A stretch of DNA of 64,000 nt from Elusimicrobiota bacterium (GCA_043811535.1 JBDRNC010000018.1:1-64000); one strand, 5' to 3'. Shown: positions 1 to 10,263, counted from the first letter of the stretch. Notes: generated by a model not told the origin, from the letters alone. A program made the numbers and translations.

Positions 1-133
1 ACATGATACTCCGTCTTATATACTGCGTGCGTGCTCTTTCTGAATCTCATTCGCAGATTATATCATTTTTACCAGGCCTGCCGTCTGGACTGGCCTATCC
101 ATCACCAGGCAGGAGCCTGGTGGTTTGACGGCT

Positions 134-255
134 CACTAAACACTAAATAAATTTTAAATACAAAATCCAAAATCTCAATAAACATCGTTTATTTGTTTTT
201 TTATATTCAATGTTTTATATTTATTTAGTATTTAGTGTTTAGAATTTAGTGTTTG
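134..255. repeat. Period-7 inverted-repeat junction element (CACTAAA / TTTAGTG family)
   Basis: cactaaa cactaaa ... tacaaaa tccaaaa, mirrored by tttagta tttagtg tttagaa tttagtg, next to the kinase stop. Confidence 0.85.
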
Positions 256-258
256 TCC

Positions 259-1980
259 TTAATCAACCGGCAGTTTCACGAAAAATGAAGTGCCCCTTCC
301 CTCTTCGCTTCTGACCGCCACGCTTCCTTTGTGCCTTTCTTCTACGACTCTTTTGACCACCGCAAGGCCGAGCCCCGTGCCGTGCGATTTTGTGGAGTAA
401 AAAGGATCGAATACGCTGGCAAGTTCAGTCCTTCTGATGCCTTTCCCCGTGTCCCTTATCTCAAAATAAACGGCATTGCGCGTTTTTCCAGCAGTCTGGA
501 CTGTGCTTCTCCCGGTGGTTATGGTCAGAGTTCCCTCTTTTATCTCGGCCATGCTGTGTACCGCGTTATTGACGAGATTCCTGATTACCTGCTTCATCTC
601 TTCTTCGTCAATACTTGCGTGCGAGATCTCGCCAAGTTCAAACACGGTTCTAATATGGGATGGCATTTGGTCCTCTTCTATGATGTTCCTGAGCAACTGG
701 TTCAAATCCTGTCTGGACAGCACGGGCTGACGGGTCCTGGAGAAGTCAAGCATATCGTTAATTATCTTGTCGGTAGATTTTATCTCGGCCTCTATTATAT
801 CAAGCCTTTTCTGGAATTTGGGGTCTATACTGCCCGCTTTCAACAATTCCGTCTTGATGAGATACGCGGAATTTCTTATTGCCGACAACGGATTCCTTAT
901 TTCGTGACCCAGTATATTGGCCATCTGGCCGATGGCCGAAAGCCTTTCGGCCTTTTTTATGCCTTCCTGCAGGTTCTTGAGTTTCACGGTCATCGAGTTG
1001 AATATTGAGACAAGTTTTGACAACTCGTCTTTTGACACCTCCGGGACTTTGTAGTCAAGATTGCCGCTTGCCACCGTTTCTATGCCCGAGATAAGGTTTT
1101 TCACCGGTTTTGTCAGGTTAGCCGCCAGCGTGAAAGCCCCGAAAAACGCCAGCCCCGCACTTATTATTATCAGCAAGAGAGAACCGATCCAAAGCGCCCT
1201 GACCGGCGCGTAGGCCGTGCCTGCCGTTTCCGTGTATACTACAAGCCAACCCGGACCCGCCGTTGACGAATAAATGTTTATCCTGCCTTTTTCTTCAAAA
1301 ACCGTGTCTTTCGCTCTTGCGGAATTATCCCTATAAAAATCCTGCCCCCCCTTACCCGATCCCTTCAACGAAGACAGCGTGTTACCGTACTCGTCAGACA
1401 ATATTACTTCCTTTGAAGCGGCTCCGCCTTCCTGTTTCAAATATGTGTTGATTCTGTTGAGGATAACGTCAAGCCTGGCCCTGAAATACAGGTATTCGGC
1501 CGGATCCTTGACTTCCGGATAGACGATGTCGAAATACGGCTTGCCCGAAGCGTTCTGCAGGATACCGCCCAGTTCCACTCGCCCGGTTCTTGAGGCCTTG
1601 TCCACAAGTTTCCGGTCAAGCTCCGCCGCCTTGCCTTCTTCTTTAGACAATCCTGTTTCAATTTTCCGGTTCACGTCCAATAAATATATTCCCGTCAATA
1701 TCTTGTTGCCCGAAAGCTTATTCATTATCAGCCGGCTTTTCTCAGCCGCGGCCATCCCGGGGCTGCGGTCAATATACCTGGCGATGCTGAGCTCTTCTTC
1801 CACTTCGGAAAGGTATTTATTGACGTCTCGGACGATGTTCTCCAGTTTATTGATATTGTTTCTGTTTATTACTCTTTTCAGGGTTGTACCCGTCGTGGTA
1901 AGTATGATTAAGCTGTAGATGACCAGAGGTATGATCGATGCGAGGAGGATGGCGATGAAGAATTTATGGAAAAGTTTCAT
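259..1980 (-). CDS. Membrane sensor histidine kinase (periplasmic sensor, HAMP, HisKA, HATPase)
   Basis: Two TM segments, HAMP, H-box GHEIRNPL, N-box NLVNNA, DTGKG, F-box FDPFYSTK, GTGLGL. Confidence 0.95.
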   Translation of the reverse strand: MKLFHKFFIAILLASIIPLVIYSLIILTTTGTTLKRVINRNNINKLENIVRDVNKYLSEVEEELSIARYIDRSPGMAAAEKSRLIMNKLSGNKILTGIYLLDVNRKIETGLSKEEGKAAELDRKLVDKASRTGRVELGGILQNASGKPYFDIVYPEVKDPAEYLYFRARLDVILNRINTYLKQEGGAASKEVILSDEYGNTLSSLKGSGKGGQDFYRDNSARAKDTVFEEKGRINIYSSTAGPGWLVVYTETAGTAYAPVRALWIGSLLLIIISAGLAFFGAFTLAANLTKPVKNLISGIETVASGNLDYKVPEVSKDELSKLVSIFNSMTVKLKNLQEGIKKAERLSAIGQMANILGHEIRNPLSAIRNSAYLIKTELLKAGSIDPKFQKRLDIIEAEIKSTDKIINDMLDFSRTRQPVLSRQDLNQLLRNIIEEDQMPSHIRTVFELGEISHASIDEEEMKQVIRNLVNNAVHSMAEIKEGTLTITTGRSTVQTAGKTRNAVYFEIRDTGKGIRRTELASVFDPFYSTKSHGTGLGLAVVKRVVEERHKGSVAVRSEEGRGTSFFVKLPVD

Positions 1981-1989
1981 ATAAATTTC

Positions 1990-2064
1990 GTAGACGGCAG
2001 ACCGTAGACTGCAAACCGCAGACCGCGATGTTTCACCAGTCTCCTGCCTATGGCCTACTGTGTC
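1990..2064. repeat. Period-7 inverted-repeat junction element (GYAGACC family)
   Basis: gtagacg gcagacc gtagact gcaaacc gcagacc, with a degenerate complementary arm overlapping the nadB stop. Confidence 0.7.
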
Positions 2065-3665
2065 CTGACGCTAAACCGGTTTATCAGTGTATCTGACGGC
2101 TTGCGCAATGTCTTCAGATGATTAATGTTATAATGGAGGCCGCGGCTTTCCCTGCGGATTTTCGCCGAGCGCACGATGATTCCCGCAACCGTGGCTATGT
2201 TCCTCAGTTCTATCAGATCGCTTGTCACTGTAAAATCCCAGTAATATTCGCTTATCTCCCGCTGGAGCAATTCAATGCGTTTTATCGCTCTTTGCAGCCG
2301 CTTGTCGCTTCTCACGATCCCTACGTAATTCCACATAAACCGCCTTATCTCGTCCCAATTCTGGCTGACAACGACGGATTCATCGCTGTCGCGCGCGGTT
2401 CCCGCGTCCCATGCGGGGATCCGCTGCGGCGCCGGTTCCCTGAGCGCGGCTTCTTTCACCCTCCTGAACGCGCGTTCAGAAAAAACAAGCGCCTCAAGAA
2501 GCGAGTTTGACGCGAGCCTGTTCGCCCCGTGAAGGCCGGTGCAAGCCGTCTCACCCAAGGCAAAAAGCCTTTTCAGGGAAGTCTCGCCGAATTCATTCGT
2601 CAGAATGCCGCCGCAAAAATAATGCGCGGCAGGGACTACAGGTATGGGATTCGTCGCCATGTCTATACCGAATTCAAGTGTCTTCCTGTAAATATTAGGA
2701 AAACGCTTCTTAAGGAACTGCCTTGTTCTCCCCGTGATATCAAGATAAACAAAATCGTCGCCGCTTTTCTTGAGCTCGCTGTCTATTGCACGGGCAACAA
2801 TATCCCGGGGCGCCAGCTCTTTTCTGGAATCATACATATGCATGAATTTCCGGCCGTTCTTGAGACGGAGAACCGCGCCTTCGCCGCGCAGGGCCTCCGA
2901 GATAAGGAATGATTTTGCCAGGGGATGATACAGGCATGTCGGGTGAAACTGCACGAATTCCATATTCGCGACTGTCGCTCCGGCACGGTAAGCCATCGCT
3001 ATCCCGTCGCCGGTGGAAACATCGGGATTTGAAGTGTAGAGGTAAACCTTTCCGGCGCCGCCCGTGGATAGAACGACCGTGTCGGCCAGGAAAGTCGCGA
3101 CCTTCCCGTTCTTCTTATTAAGGACATACGCGCCCCGGCAAGCGTCGTTTTCGCGCTGAAATTTTTTCTTTATCTTGCCGGTCGTTATAAGGTCTATCGC
3201 TATGTGATCTTCAAATATCCTGACGCCTTGCTTTTTCCCGGCTCTTTTTACGAGAATTTTCTCAATTTCATTTCCCGTTATGTCCCCCGCGTGGAGGATC
3301 CTTCTGCGGGAATGCCCCGCCTCCAGTCCTAATTCATAATCATTTTCAGGCGAATCGCTGCTGAGAGTAAAATTTACGCCGAGCTTAATCAACTCCCTTA
3401 TCCTGTCCGGCCCCTCCCTGACGACCATCTCGACGATGCTCCTCTTGCAAAGCCCGGCCCCGGCAATAAGCGTGTCTTTTACGTGTTTTTCAAAAGAATC
3501 TTCCGGGCTCCAAACGGCCGCTATACCGCCCTGCGCGTAATTCGTGGCCGATTCGCTCAAACCGCGTTTCGTTACCACGGCAACCGAACCGATCTCGCTT
3601 GCTTTAAGGGCAAACGTGAGCCCGGCAATGCCGCTTCCGATAACTAAAAAATCAGTCTTTATCAT
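2055..3665 (-). CDS. nadB: L-aspartate oxidase
   Basis: GSGIAG FAD motif, YAQGGIAA, EFVQFHPT, LISEALRGEG, HYFCGG, GLHGANRLASNSLLE. Confidence 0.97.
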   Translation of the reverse strand: MIKTDFLVIGSGIAGLTFALKASEIGSVAVVTKRGLSESATNYAQGGIAAVWSPEDSFEKHVKDTLIAGAGLCKRSIVEMVVREGPDRIRELIKLGVNFTLSSDSPENDYELGLEAGHSRRRILHAGDITGNEIEKILVKRAGKKQGVRIFEDHIAIDLITTGKIKKKFQRENDACRGAYVLNKKNGKVATFLADTVVLSTGGAGKVYLYTSNPDVSTGDGIAMAYRAGATVANMEFVQFHPTCLYHPLAKSFLISEALRGEGAVLRLKNGRKFMHMYDSRKELAPRDIVARAIDSELKKSGDDFVYLDITGRTRQFLKKRFPNIYRKTLEFGIDMATNPIPVVPAAHYFCGGILTNEFGETSLKRLFALGETACTGLHGANRLASNSLLEALVFSERAFRRVKEAALREPAPQRIPAWDAGTARDSDESVVVSQNWDEIRRFMWNYVGIVRSDKRLQRAIKRIELLQREISEYYWDFTVTSDLIELRNIATVAGIIVRSAKIRRESRGLHYNINHLKTLRKPSDTLINRFSVRTQ

Positions 3666-3676
3666 AAATCAGTTAT

Positions 3677-3812
3677 GGGTATTGTGTAATGTGTATTGTG
3701 TACTAAGTTAAACGTGAAAGGTAAGAGTTGGCGGAAAATACGAACCTCAAAAAAGAAAATAGTATATGTGACCGGAGAATTACCCGATACTCAATACACT
3801 ATACACATTACG
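3677..3812. repeat. Period-7 inverted-repeat junction element (GTGTATT / AATACAC family)
   Basis: gggtatt gtgtaat gtgtatt gtgtact ... attaccc gatactc aatacac tatacac. Confidence 0.85.
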
Positions 3813-3814
3813 TT

Positions 3815-4327
3815 TTAATCAATTTTAAAAAACTGATTGACCGTGGAAAGCTTATCTTTTGCCTCGGAAATATTGCCCTGGTCGATCAGCGCGATGGCTT
3901 GTTCCAGTTTCTTTTTGTCTTCACTTACCGCTCCGCGGAAATTTGAGATGACATTTTGAACTCCCGCGGCGAGATCCTGCAATTCGTCGTGTTTCCTGAG
4001 TTTGAATTTCAAAGATAAATCGCCCTGCGCGAGCATTTTCAGTATTCCTTCAATTTTGTATACCGGCCCGATGAGGCGGTGAAACAGGATTATGCTCTCG
4101 ATTCCGAAACCCAGCACAAGTATTATTATGACCCAGACAAAGCTTGTCTGATACGCGTGCGCAAGCGCCTTCCACTCGCCGGCCGTAAACTGTTCAAGAC
4201 CGGCAGAGTTAACGATGGAACTCCACAAAACAAAATAAACAGCCATAGCGGTGAAAATTACTGCAAAAATCGTGATGAGAAGGTACTTGAATTGGATTTT
4301 AGGCTTGACAATAAACTGCGTGCGCAT
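3815..4327 (-). CDS. Small two-TM membrane protein with HAMP-like domain
   Basis: Two hydrophobic helices, then HRLIGPVYKI..LAQGDL...LRKHDELQDLA (HAMP pattern); no output domain. Confidence 0.75.
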   Translation of the reverse strand: MRTQFIVKPKIQFKYLLITIFAVIFTAMAVYFVLWSSIVNSAGLEQFTAGEWKALAHAYQTSFVWVIIILVLGFGIESIILFHRLIGPVYKIEGILKMLAQGDLSLKFKLRKHDELQDLAAGVQNVISNFRGAVSEDKKKLEQAIALIDQGNISEAKDKLSTVNQFFKID

Positions 4328-4421
4328 GTTAACCTCCCGAACACCTTAAGATTCTACTAAATAGTCTTTGTGAGGTTCGTCGCGGCGGACAAAAAAACGA
4401 TTATTACGGCAACTCTAAAAT

Positions 4422-5270
4422 CTATTTAACTACTATATTGTCAATTAGGCGGGTATTCCCTATCTTTGCGGCAACAGCTATTACAACCGGCAACTTTATT
4501 TTATCTTTTAACGGCTCAAGCGTTCCCGCGTCCCTGATTTCAATGTAATCTATTTTGACTTTCGGTATGCCTTTTAGCAGAGAACGCACGGACTGCTTTA
4601 TTCCGCGGACGCTTCTTGTCTTCGAGTATTCTAACAAATCGCGTGCCTGTTGTAAAGATTTATATATTCTAATACTGTGCCGGCGTTCAGCGGGACTAAG
4701 GTACCGGTTCCTGCTTGACATCGCCAGGCCGTCCGCTTCTCTTACCGTAGACAGGCCCTTGACATCTACAGGGAAATCAAGGTCTTCAGCCATCTTTTTC
4801 ACTATCCGAAACTGCTGAAAATCTTTCATGCCGAAATACGCCCTGACGGGCTGCGTGATATTGAAGAGTTTGGCAACAACCGTGGCAACGCCCCTGAAAT
4901 GTCCGGGCCTTGAGACCCCGCACATTATCGACGAAAGCTTAACCAAGTCCACATACGCATAGTGGTTCGCGCGGTACATATCCCGGACGTCCGGATTGAA
5001 CAGATAATCAACCCTTTCTTTTCCGCACAATTCCCTGTCCCTTGAAAAAATCCTCGGATAGCGCAAGTAATCCTCTTTGGGCCCGAACTGCTTCGGATTT
5101 ACGAATATGGATACGATAACAATGTCATTTTCTCTTCTCGCGCAGCGTATCAGGGAAAGATGACCCTCGTGAAGAGCGCCCATGGTCGGCACGAAGCCAA
5201 TGGATTTCCCCTTACGCCTTAAGCCGAGGGCTATAGACTGCATTTTTAGTGATGTGCGTATGATTTTCAT
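4422..5270 (-). CDS. panC: Pantoate--beta-alanine ligase
   Basis: GFVPTMGALHEGHLSL, SIFVNPKQF, RPGHFRGV, GLAMSSRN, RLIDN; start placed at MKIIRT. Confidence 0.97.
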   Translation of the reverse strand: MKIIRTSLKMQSIALGLRRKGKSIGFVPTMGALHEGHLSLIRCARRENDIVIVSIFVNPKQFGPKEDYLRYPRIFSRDRELCGKERVDYLFNPDVRDMYRANHYAYVDLVKLSSIMCGVSRPGHFRGVATVVAKLFNITQPVRAYFGMKDFQQFRIVKKMAEDLDFPVDVKGLSTVREADGLAMSSRNRYLSPAERRHSIRIYKSLQQARDLLEYSKTRSVRGIKQSVRSLLKGIPKVKIDYIEIRDAGTLEPLKDKIKLPVVIAVAAKIGNTRLIDNIVVK

Positions 5271-5283
5271 AATGTTCATTCCA

Positions 5284-5349
5284 GATTACAAATTACAAAT
5301 TTAAAGGCCTTGTTGTTAATATGTAATCTGTAATGTGTAATTTGTAATT
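5284..5349. repeat. Period-7 inverted-repeat junction element (ATTACA / TGTAAT family)
   Basis: gattaca aattaca ... tgtaatc tgtaatg tgtaatt tgtaatt. Confidence 0.85.
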
Positions 5350-5350
5350 C

Positions 5351-6253
5351 TTACTTGAAAGCTTTATTAAAAAAGTCCAGCAGTTTGATTTCGTACTTCC
5401 TACCCTCTCTACAGTACGCTTCTCCGTGGTCGGCGTTTTTAACAATCCACAATTCTTTAGGGTCCTTAGCTTCCGAAAAAAGATTCCGCCCCTCTGCCGG
5501 AAGCATCCGTTTATCGCTGTCTCCCTGAATGATTAGAACCGGCCTCGGTGATAATTGCGCTATATAGTTTTGGGGTGAATACTTATTAGGATTGAAACCT
5601 AACCTTAAGCGGACAAATCCGAGCGTGATATCCACGAGAGGGAATCTCGGAATACCGTAGAATAGTTTCGCGAAACGCACTACAATTTTATCAAAGGAAC
5701 TGAAAGGGCTTTCCGCGGCTACGGCCATGATCTCCGGCCTTCCCGCCGCCGCTATAATGGCCGCGCTTGCGCCCATTGAGAAGCCGAACACGCCGATTTT
5801 CCTGCAAAAACTTGTTTTGTTTTTCTTAACAAAATCGACGGCTGAAGCCACATCCGCGGCTTCGTAGCGCCCCAATGTGGAAATATTACCCCCGCTTTGC
5901 CCGTGGTTCCTGAAATCGAAATAGAGCAGGTTGTATCCTCCGCGCGTATTCAGAAAAAACGTCGAGGAGAGTATGTCGGATTTGCCTGCTCCCCAGCCGT
6001 GGCATACGATGATCGTGGTATCGGAACGCTTTTCGGCCGGCACAAACCAACCCTTAAGATTGACTCCTCCGGATGCGGCGAATTCCACGGTTTCATATTT
6101 CAGTCCGTACTCGCGCGGCGTTGTTTCGTCCGCAAACCTTGGCACGTTAAGCACGAGGTTTGATGAAAACCAGCCCCAGATAAATACGATTAAGAAAAGA
6201 ATGATTGTTATTGCAAGGTAAGTGTTTATCTTAAGATTTAATAGGGTGTGCAT
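5351..6253 (-). CDS. Membrane-anchored alpha/beta-fold hydrolase
   Basis: N-terminal TM, CHGWG oxyanion motif, DFRNHGQS, GFSMG nucleophile elbow, Asp (GDSD) and His (ADHG). Confidence 0.9.
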   Translation of the reverse strand: MHTLLNLKINTYLAITIILFLIVFIWGWFSSNLVLNVPRFADETTPREYGLKYETVEFAASGGVNLKGWFVPAEKRSDTTIIVCHGWGAGKSDILSSTFFLNTRGGYNLLYFDFRNHGQSGGNISTLGRYEAADVASAVDFVKKNKTSFCRKIGVFGFSMGASAAIIAAAGRPEIMAVAAESPFSSFDKIVVRFAKLFYGIPRFPLVDITLGFVRLRLGFNPNKYSPQNYIAQLSPRPVLIIQGDSDKRMLPAEGRNLFSEAKDPKELWIVKNADHGEAYCREGRKYEIKLLDFFNKAFK

Positions 6254-6300
6254 TGTTTATTAGTGGCTCGGGACTCGCATCTCAGTGCATCTTTTTTGTT

Positions 6301-6322
6301 CCGGGACTAAAGTCCCGGCTAC
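6301..6322 (-). repeat. GTAG-type REP-like palindrome (type C)
   Basis: Minus strand GTAG-CCGGGACT-TT-AGTCCCGG; related copy at 34919-34939. Confidence 0.75.
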
Positions 6323-6340
6323 TAATTGCTAATTGTTGCC

Positions 6341-7144
6341 TCATTTATACGTGTTTTCTTCCGCGGGAAATTTTCCCTGCTTTACTTCTCTTTTGTACTC
6401 CGAGGCGGCTTTCAGGACATGGCGCCGGAGATTTGCGTATTGTTTTACGAATTTCGGCCTCATCTCTGAATACAGCCCCAGCACATCGTCAATGACCAGC
6501 ACCTGTCCGTCGCAATGTATACCCGCACCTATGCCAATAGTGGGAACAGATACTGAAGCCGTGATTCTCTTCGCGAGGATTCCGGGTATGCATTCCAGGA
6601 CAATTGAGAATACTCCGGCTTTCTCCAGTTGTTTCGCGGCATTGACCAGTTTCCTGGCCGCCGGAGAACTGCGGCCCTGTACTTTGTAGCCGCCCATCTG
6701 ATGAACCGCCTGGGGCGTAAGCCCGATATGCCCCATCACGGGTATCTTCGCGGCGATTATCGCCTTTATCTTATCAACGACTTCAACCCCGCCTTCTATC
6801 TTGACGGCCTCTGCGCCGCCAAGCTTGATTATCCTGCCGGCGTTCCTGACGGCGTCTTCGCGGCTCGTTTCATACGACATGAACGGCATATCCGCGATAA
6901 GCAGCGCGCGCGAATTCCCGTTTTTTACGGCCTTGCAGTAGAACACAACTTCATCAACGGTTACCTGAAGCGTGTCCCGGTATCCCCTCTTTACCATGCC
7001 GAGGGAATCTCCCACAAGCAGGACATCTATCCCGGCATCATTCAGTAATTTCGCCGTAGTATAATCGTAAGCGGTCAGCATTGCTATCTTCTCGCCCGCC
7101 CTTTTCATTTCCCTGAGTTTTACCGTCGTTATCTTGTCCATCAT
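6341..7144 (-). CDS. panB: 3-methyl-2-oxobutanoate hydroxymethyltransferase
   Basis: MLTAYD, LLVGDSLGM, ADMPFMSY, AVKIEGG, MGHIGLTPQ, CDGQVLV; the ORF-track N-terminal extension is translated REP sequence. Confidence 0.97.
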   Translation of the reverse strand: MMDKITTVKLREMKRAGEKIAMLTAYDYTTAKLLNDAGIDVLLVGDSLGMVKRGYRDTLQVTVDEVVFYCKAVKNGNSRALLIADMPFMSYETSREDAVRNAGRIIKLGGAEAVKIEGGVEVVDKIKAIIAAKIPVMGHIGLTPQAVHQMGGYKVQGRSSPAARKLVNAAKQLEKAGVFSIVLECIPGILAKRITASVSVPTIGIGAGIHCDGQVLVIDDVLGLYSEMRPKFVKQYANLRRHVLKAASEYKREVKQGKFPAEENTYK

Positions 7145-7153
7145 CCACCCCCC

Positions 7154-7211
7154 CCCCTGATTGAAATCAGGGGCTACATTCGAAGATGTAGACGGCACTT
7201 AAGTGCCGTCT
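7154..7211. repeat. REP-like doublet (type A on minus + type B on plus)
   Basis: GTAG-CCCCTGATT-TC-AATCAGGGG (minus, 7154-7177) and GTAGACGGCACTTAAGTGCCGTCT (7188-7211). Confidence 0.8.
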
Positions 7212-7213
7212 CC

Positions 7214-7714
7214 TTACTTTATTATTCTAATTCTTTGGTTCGGGGATGTCAATCTGAGAAGTTTAAGCATCGCTGCCGCGGTTTTTCCGGTTTCCGGATG
7301 TTTCAAATACGGGGCAATCTCAACAAGCGGCTCCAAAACAAAAAGCCGTTTCCTCAACTCCCCGTGCGGGACAACCAGCTTCCGCGAAAACACCCGCTTT
7401 CTTCCGTAAAACAGTATATCTATGTCAATGCTTCTCGGCCCCCATTTGACCGTTTTTTTTCTTCCGAGTTTTTTCTCGATTTCCTTAAGCGCCGGAAGAA
7501 GTCTCCCCGGCGGCAGCGCCGTTCTGACCTTGGCGGCCGAATTAACAAAGTCCCTCTGCCTCGGACCCACCGGGGAAGTCAGGTAATACGAAGAATTCCC
7601 GAGTATTTTTGTGGCGCGCAATCTTGAAACCGACCGGAGAGCTTTTTTTATGTTCCCGATCCTGTTTCCCGCATTGGAACCGAAACCGAGATATACAATA
7701 GGCATATATTCCAA
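7214..7714 (-). CDS. folK: 2-amino-4-hydroxy-6-hydroxymethyldihydropteridine diphosphokinase
   Basis: YLGFGSN, QRDFVN, IEKKLGR, KWGPRSIDIDIL, LVVPH, RLFVLEPL. Confidence 0.95.
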   Translation of the reverse strand: MEYMPIVYLGFGSNAGNRIGNIKKALRSVSRLRATKILGNSSYYLTSPVGPRQRDFVNSAAKVRTALPPGRLLPALKEIEKKLGRKKTVKWGPRSIDIDILFYGRKRVFSRKLVVPHGELRKRLFVLEPLVEIAPYLKHPETGKTAAAMLKLLRLTSPNQRIRIIK

Positions 7715-7734
7715 GGCAAAGATTTTTCTGTAAC

Positions 7735-8898
7735 CTAAAACTTTATTTTTGCGATGCGCCGGAGGGCCTCGTTTATCCGGGGAACTTCAACGGTAAGCGC
7801 AAACCGCACGTAGCCCTCGCCCGAAGGACCCATGCCGTTGCCCGGCGTGCAGACAATACCGGCTTCGTCTAAAAGCTTGCCGACCGTACTGGCCGAAGTA
7901 TATCCCTTCGGCACGCGCGCCCATACGTAGAAAGTCGCCTCGGGTTTCATGACGTTCCATCCGAGCTTTTGCAGCCCTTCCACCAGGACATCCCTGCGCT
8001 CGCGGTACAGCTTGCGCATCTTTTCAACGCAGTCCTGCGGGCCGGTAAGCGCCGCTATGCCCGCTTCCTGGACAGCCTGGAAAACGCCGGAGTCGTAATT
8101 ATCCTTGACCGCGCCGAGCCCCTTGACTATTTCCGCGTTGCCGCAGACCCATCCGAGGCGCCAGCCGGTCATGTTATAGGTCTTTGAAAGAGAATGTATC
8201 TCCACGCCCACGTCAAACGCGCCGGGAATTTCGAGAAAGCTCATCGGCTTCTTCTCGTAATAAAGTTCCGAGTACGCCGCGTCGTGGCAGACTATTATAT
8301 TGTGCTTCTTCGCGAAAGCTATTACTTCTTCGTAAAAACTCTTCGGGGCAGTCGCCGCTGTCGGGTTGTTCGGATAGTTTATGAAGATTATCTTTGCTTT
8401 CCCGGCAATCTTTTCAGGTATTGCCTTAAGGTCCGGAAGAAAACCGTTCTCTTCCCTGAGGGGCATGAAATACGGCTCTCCTGCGCTGAATATCGTACCG
8501 GTGTTATAAACGGGATATCCCGGTTCCGGAATGAGGACGATGTCGCCCGGGTTGATGAAAGCGAGATGGAAATGACCGATGCCTTCCTTTGAACCCATCA
8601 GCGACCATATCTGGTTATCGGGATTGAGCGCAACATTGAAGCGCGACTTGTACCACGCGGCCACAGCCTCCCTGAACTTCTTCAATCCCGCGCCGAAAGG
8701 ATATTGGTGGTTTTCCGGCCTGGCAAGCGCCGCCTGGCCGGCCTTTATTATATGTTCCGGCGTCGGCTGGTCCGGGTCGCCCACCCCAAGCGCGATAATA
8801 TCCGCGCCGCGGTCAATTGCCGCCTTCTTCTTCTTGTCTATCTCAACAAAAAGGTACGGCGGCAGTTTCCTGAGACTATTGCTGTACTTGATATCCAT
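7735..8898 (-). CDS. dapL: LL-diaminopimelate aminotransferase
   Basis: Class I PLP aminotransferase (LPPYLF, GVGDPD, GSKEGI, NYPNNPT, HSLSKTYNMTGWRLG) at the end of the lysA-dapF-dapA-dapB operon. Confidence 0.88.
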   Translation of the reverse strand: MDIKYSNSLRKLPPYLFVEIDKKKKAAIDRGADIIALGVGDPDQPTPEHIIKAGQAALARPENHQYPFGAGLKKFREAVAAWYKSRFNVALNPDNQIWSLMGSKEGIGHFHLAFINPGDIVLIPEPGYPVYNTGTIFSAGEPYFMPLREENGFLPDLKAIPEKIAGKAKIIFINYPNNPTAATAPKSFYEEVIAFAKKHNIIVCHDAAYSELYYEKKPMSFLEIPGAFDVGVEIHSLSKTYNMTGWRLGWVCGNAEIVKGLGAVKDNYDSGVFQAVQEAGIAALTGPQDCVEKMRKLYRERRDVLVEGLQKLGWNVMKPEATFYVWARVPKGYTSASTVGKLLDEAGIVCTPGNGMGPSGEGYVRFALTVEVPRINEALRRIAKIKF

Positions 8899-8920
8899 AA
8901 TTTATACCTTTCTTAACGGC

Positions 8921-9052
8921 AAATACTAAATTCTAAACTCTAAATACTAAATAAACTCAAAACACAAAAACTCAAACGCTGCCCTTATATTTGAAATTTG
9001 AGCTTGTGATTTTAGATTTATTTAGTATTTAGTATTTTGTGTTTAGTGTTTG
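8921..9052. repeat. Period-7 inverted-repeat junction element (AAATACT / TTTAGTA family)
   Basis: aaatact aaattct aaactct aaatact ... tttagta tttagta; the right part encodes the C-terminus ANTKHKILNTK of 9018..9416. Confidence 0.85.
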
Positions 9053-9416
9053 CATTACTATCTTGTTTAAACACAAACCATATGGCTATAATAATTGATA
9101 CAGTGAAAACTAAAGCCACCAGATTTGTGGGCCAGCCCTCAAAAACACCCATTTCATAAGGATAGCCCACATAGCCGAAATCCGCGGCGGTTTTAGGAGT
9201 GAATACCAGCTCTATGAACGGCATTATTTTCGCCTGAATTCCGCCGCCGAATACCAGCAGGGCCCACAAGAGCCAGAAAAGCACCGTCATACCGAACAGG
9301 ACAAGTACTATCATTCCTCCGATGTGCACAGGATCGTACCCCGGCTCGTTAACGTCTTCCTTATCGGAGAAATAATCCTTGAAGTTACTAAACAGCTTTG
9401 TAAGTTTTTCCTTCAC
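9018..9416 (-). CDS. Hypothetical membrane protein (2 TM)
   Basis: GTG start with GAGGA RBS, two hydrophobic segments, co-oriented in the dap operon. Confidence 0.75.
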   Translation of the reverse strand: MKEKLTKLFSNFKDYFSDKEDVNEPGYDPVHIGGMIVLVLFGMTVLFWLLWALLVFGGGIQAKIMPFIELVFTPKTAADFGYVGYPYEMGVFEGWPTNLVALVFTVSIIIAIWFVFKQDSNANTKHKILNTK

Positions 9417-9438
9417 GATATCCTCAGATTTTTATGGT

Positions 9439-9511
9439 AATTACAAATTACACATTACAGATTACACATTAACGACACAAGCATTCAGTCTGTAATTTGT
9501 AATCTGTAATT
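9439..9511. repeat. Period-7 inverted-repeat junction element (ATTACA / TGTAAT family)
   Basis: aattaca aattaca cattaca gattaca ... tgtaatt tgtaatc tgtaatt. Confidence 0.9.
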
Positions 9512-10263
9512 TATATGACTTTATTAACAAGTTCGCCTATTTTCTGCACTTTAACAGCGACTTTATCCCCGCGCTGCAACGGACCCACTCCGGGCGGGGT
9601 ACCGGTAGCAATCACATCGCCGGGGAGTAGCGTCATTATTTCCGATATAAATGATATGATCTCTTCCGCCTTGAATATTAGATTCTCCGTGTTTGAACTC
9701 TGCCTCGGCTCGCCGTTCACGTACGATTCTATTTTCAGGTTGTTCGGGTTTATACCGCTTACTATGCACGGCCCTATCGGGCAGAATGTATCAAAGGATT
9801 TTGCCCTTGTCCACTGCCCGTCGGCGCTCTGCAGGTCCCTCGCGGTAACATCGTTGAGACATGTATACCCCAGAACGTAATCAAGCGCGCACTTGGCGGC
9901 CACATTTCTGCATTTTTTCTTTATCACTATGGCCAGTTCGGCTTCGTAATCCACTCGCCTGCTCGACGGCGGATAGAGTATGCAGTCTCCGGGCCCTACG
10001 ACTGACGTTGGGGCCTTCAAAAATATCAGCGGCTGAAGCGGTAAAGGCATTCTTAGTTCTTTTGCGTGGTCGGTATAATTGAGACCGAGCGCCACTATCT
10101 TGCTCGGTTTTACCGGAGCCAGTAGACGCACGTTCTTCAAAGCGTATTTTTTTCCTGTTCTTTTGTAGGCGGAAAAAAAATCCGGGGTGATTTCGGATAT
10201 CACGTTTCCCGAAAGAATGCCGTGCCTGACTTTCTTTTTTGCCTCAAAACGAACGTAGATCAT
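9511..10263 (-). CDS. Fumarylacetoacetate hydrolase family protein
   Basis: KIVALGLNYTDH, DYEAEL, NDVTARDLQ, QWTRAKSFDTFCPIGP, GDVIATGTP. Confidence 0.95.
   Translation of the reverse strand: MIYVRFEAKKKVRHGILSGNVISEITPDFFSAYKRTGKKYALKNVRLLAPVKPSKIVALGLNYTDHAKELRMPLPLQPLIFLKAPTSVVGPGDCILYPPSSRRVDYEAELAIVIKKKCRNVAAKCALDYVLGYTCLNDVTARDLQSADGQWTRAKSFDTFCPIGPCIVSGINPNNLKIESYVNGEPRQSSNTENLIFKAEEIISFISEIMTLLPGDVIATGTPPGVGPLQRGDKVAVKVQKIGELVNKVI

Noticed and set aside
1..12. Gene start at the window edge (minus-strand ATG at 2-4 with GGAG)
   Set aside because: Only one codon is visible, so it cannot be annotated.
7148..7157. Phase-variable poly-C tract
   Set aside because: It lies upstream of the true panB start and partly forms a REP arm, so it is not in coding sequence.
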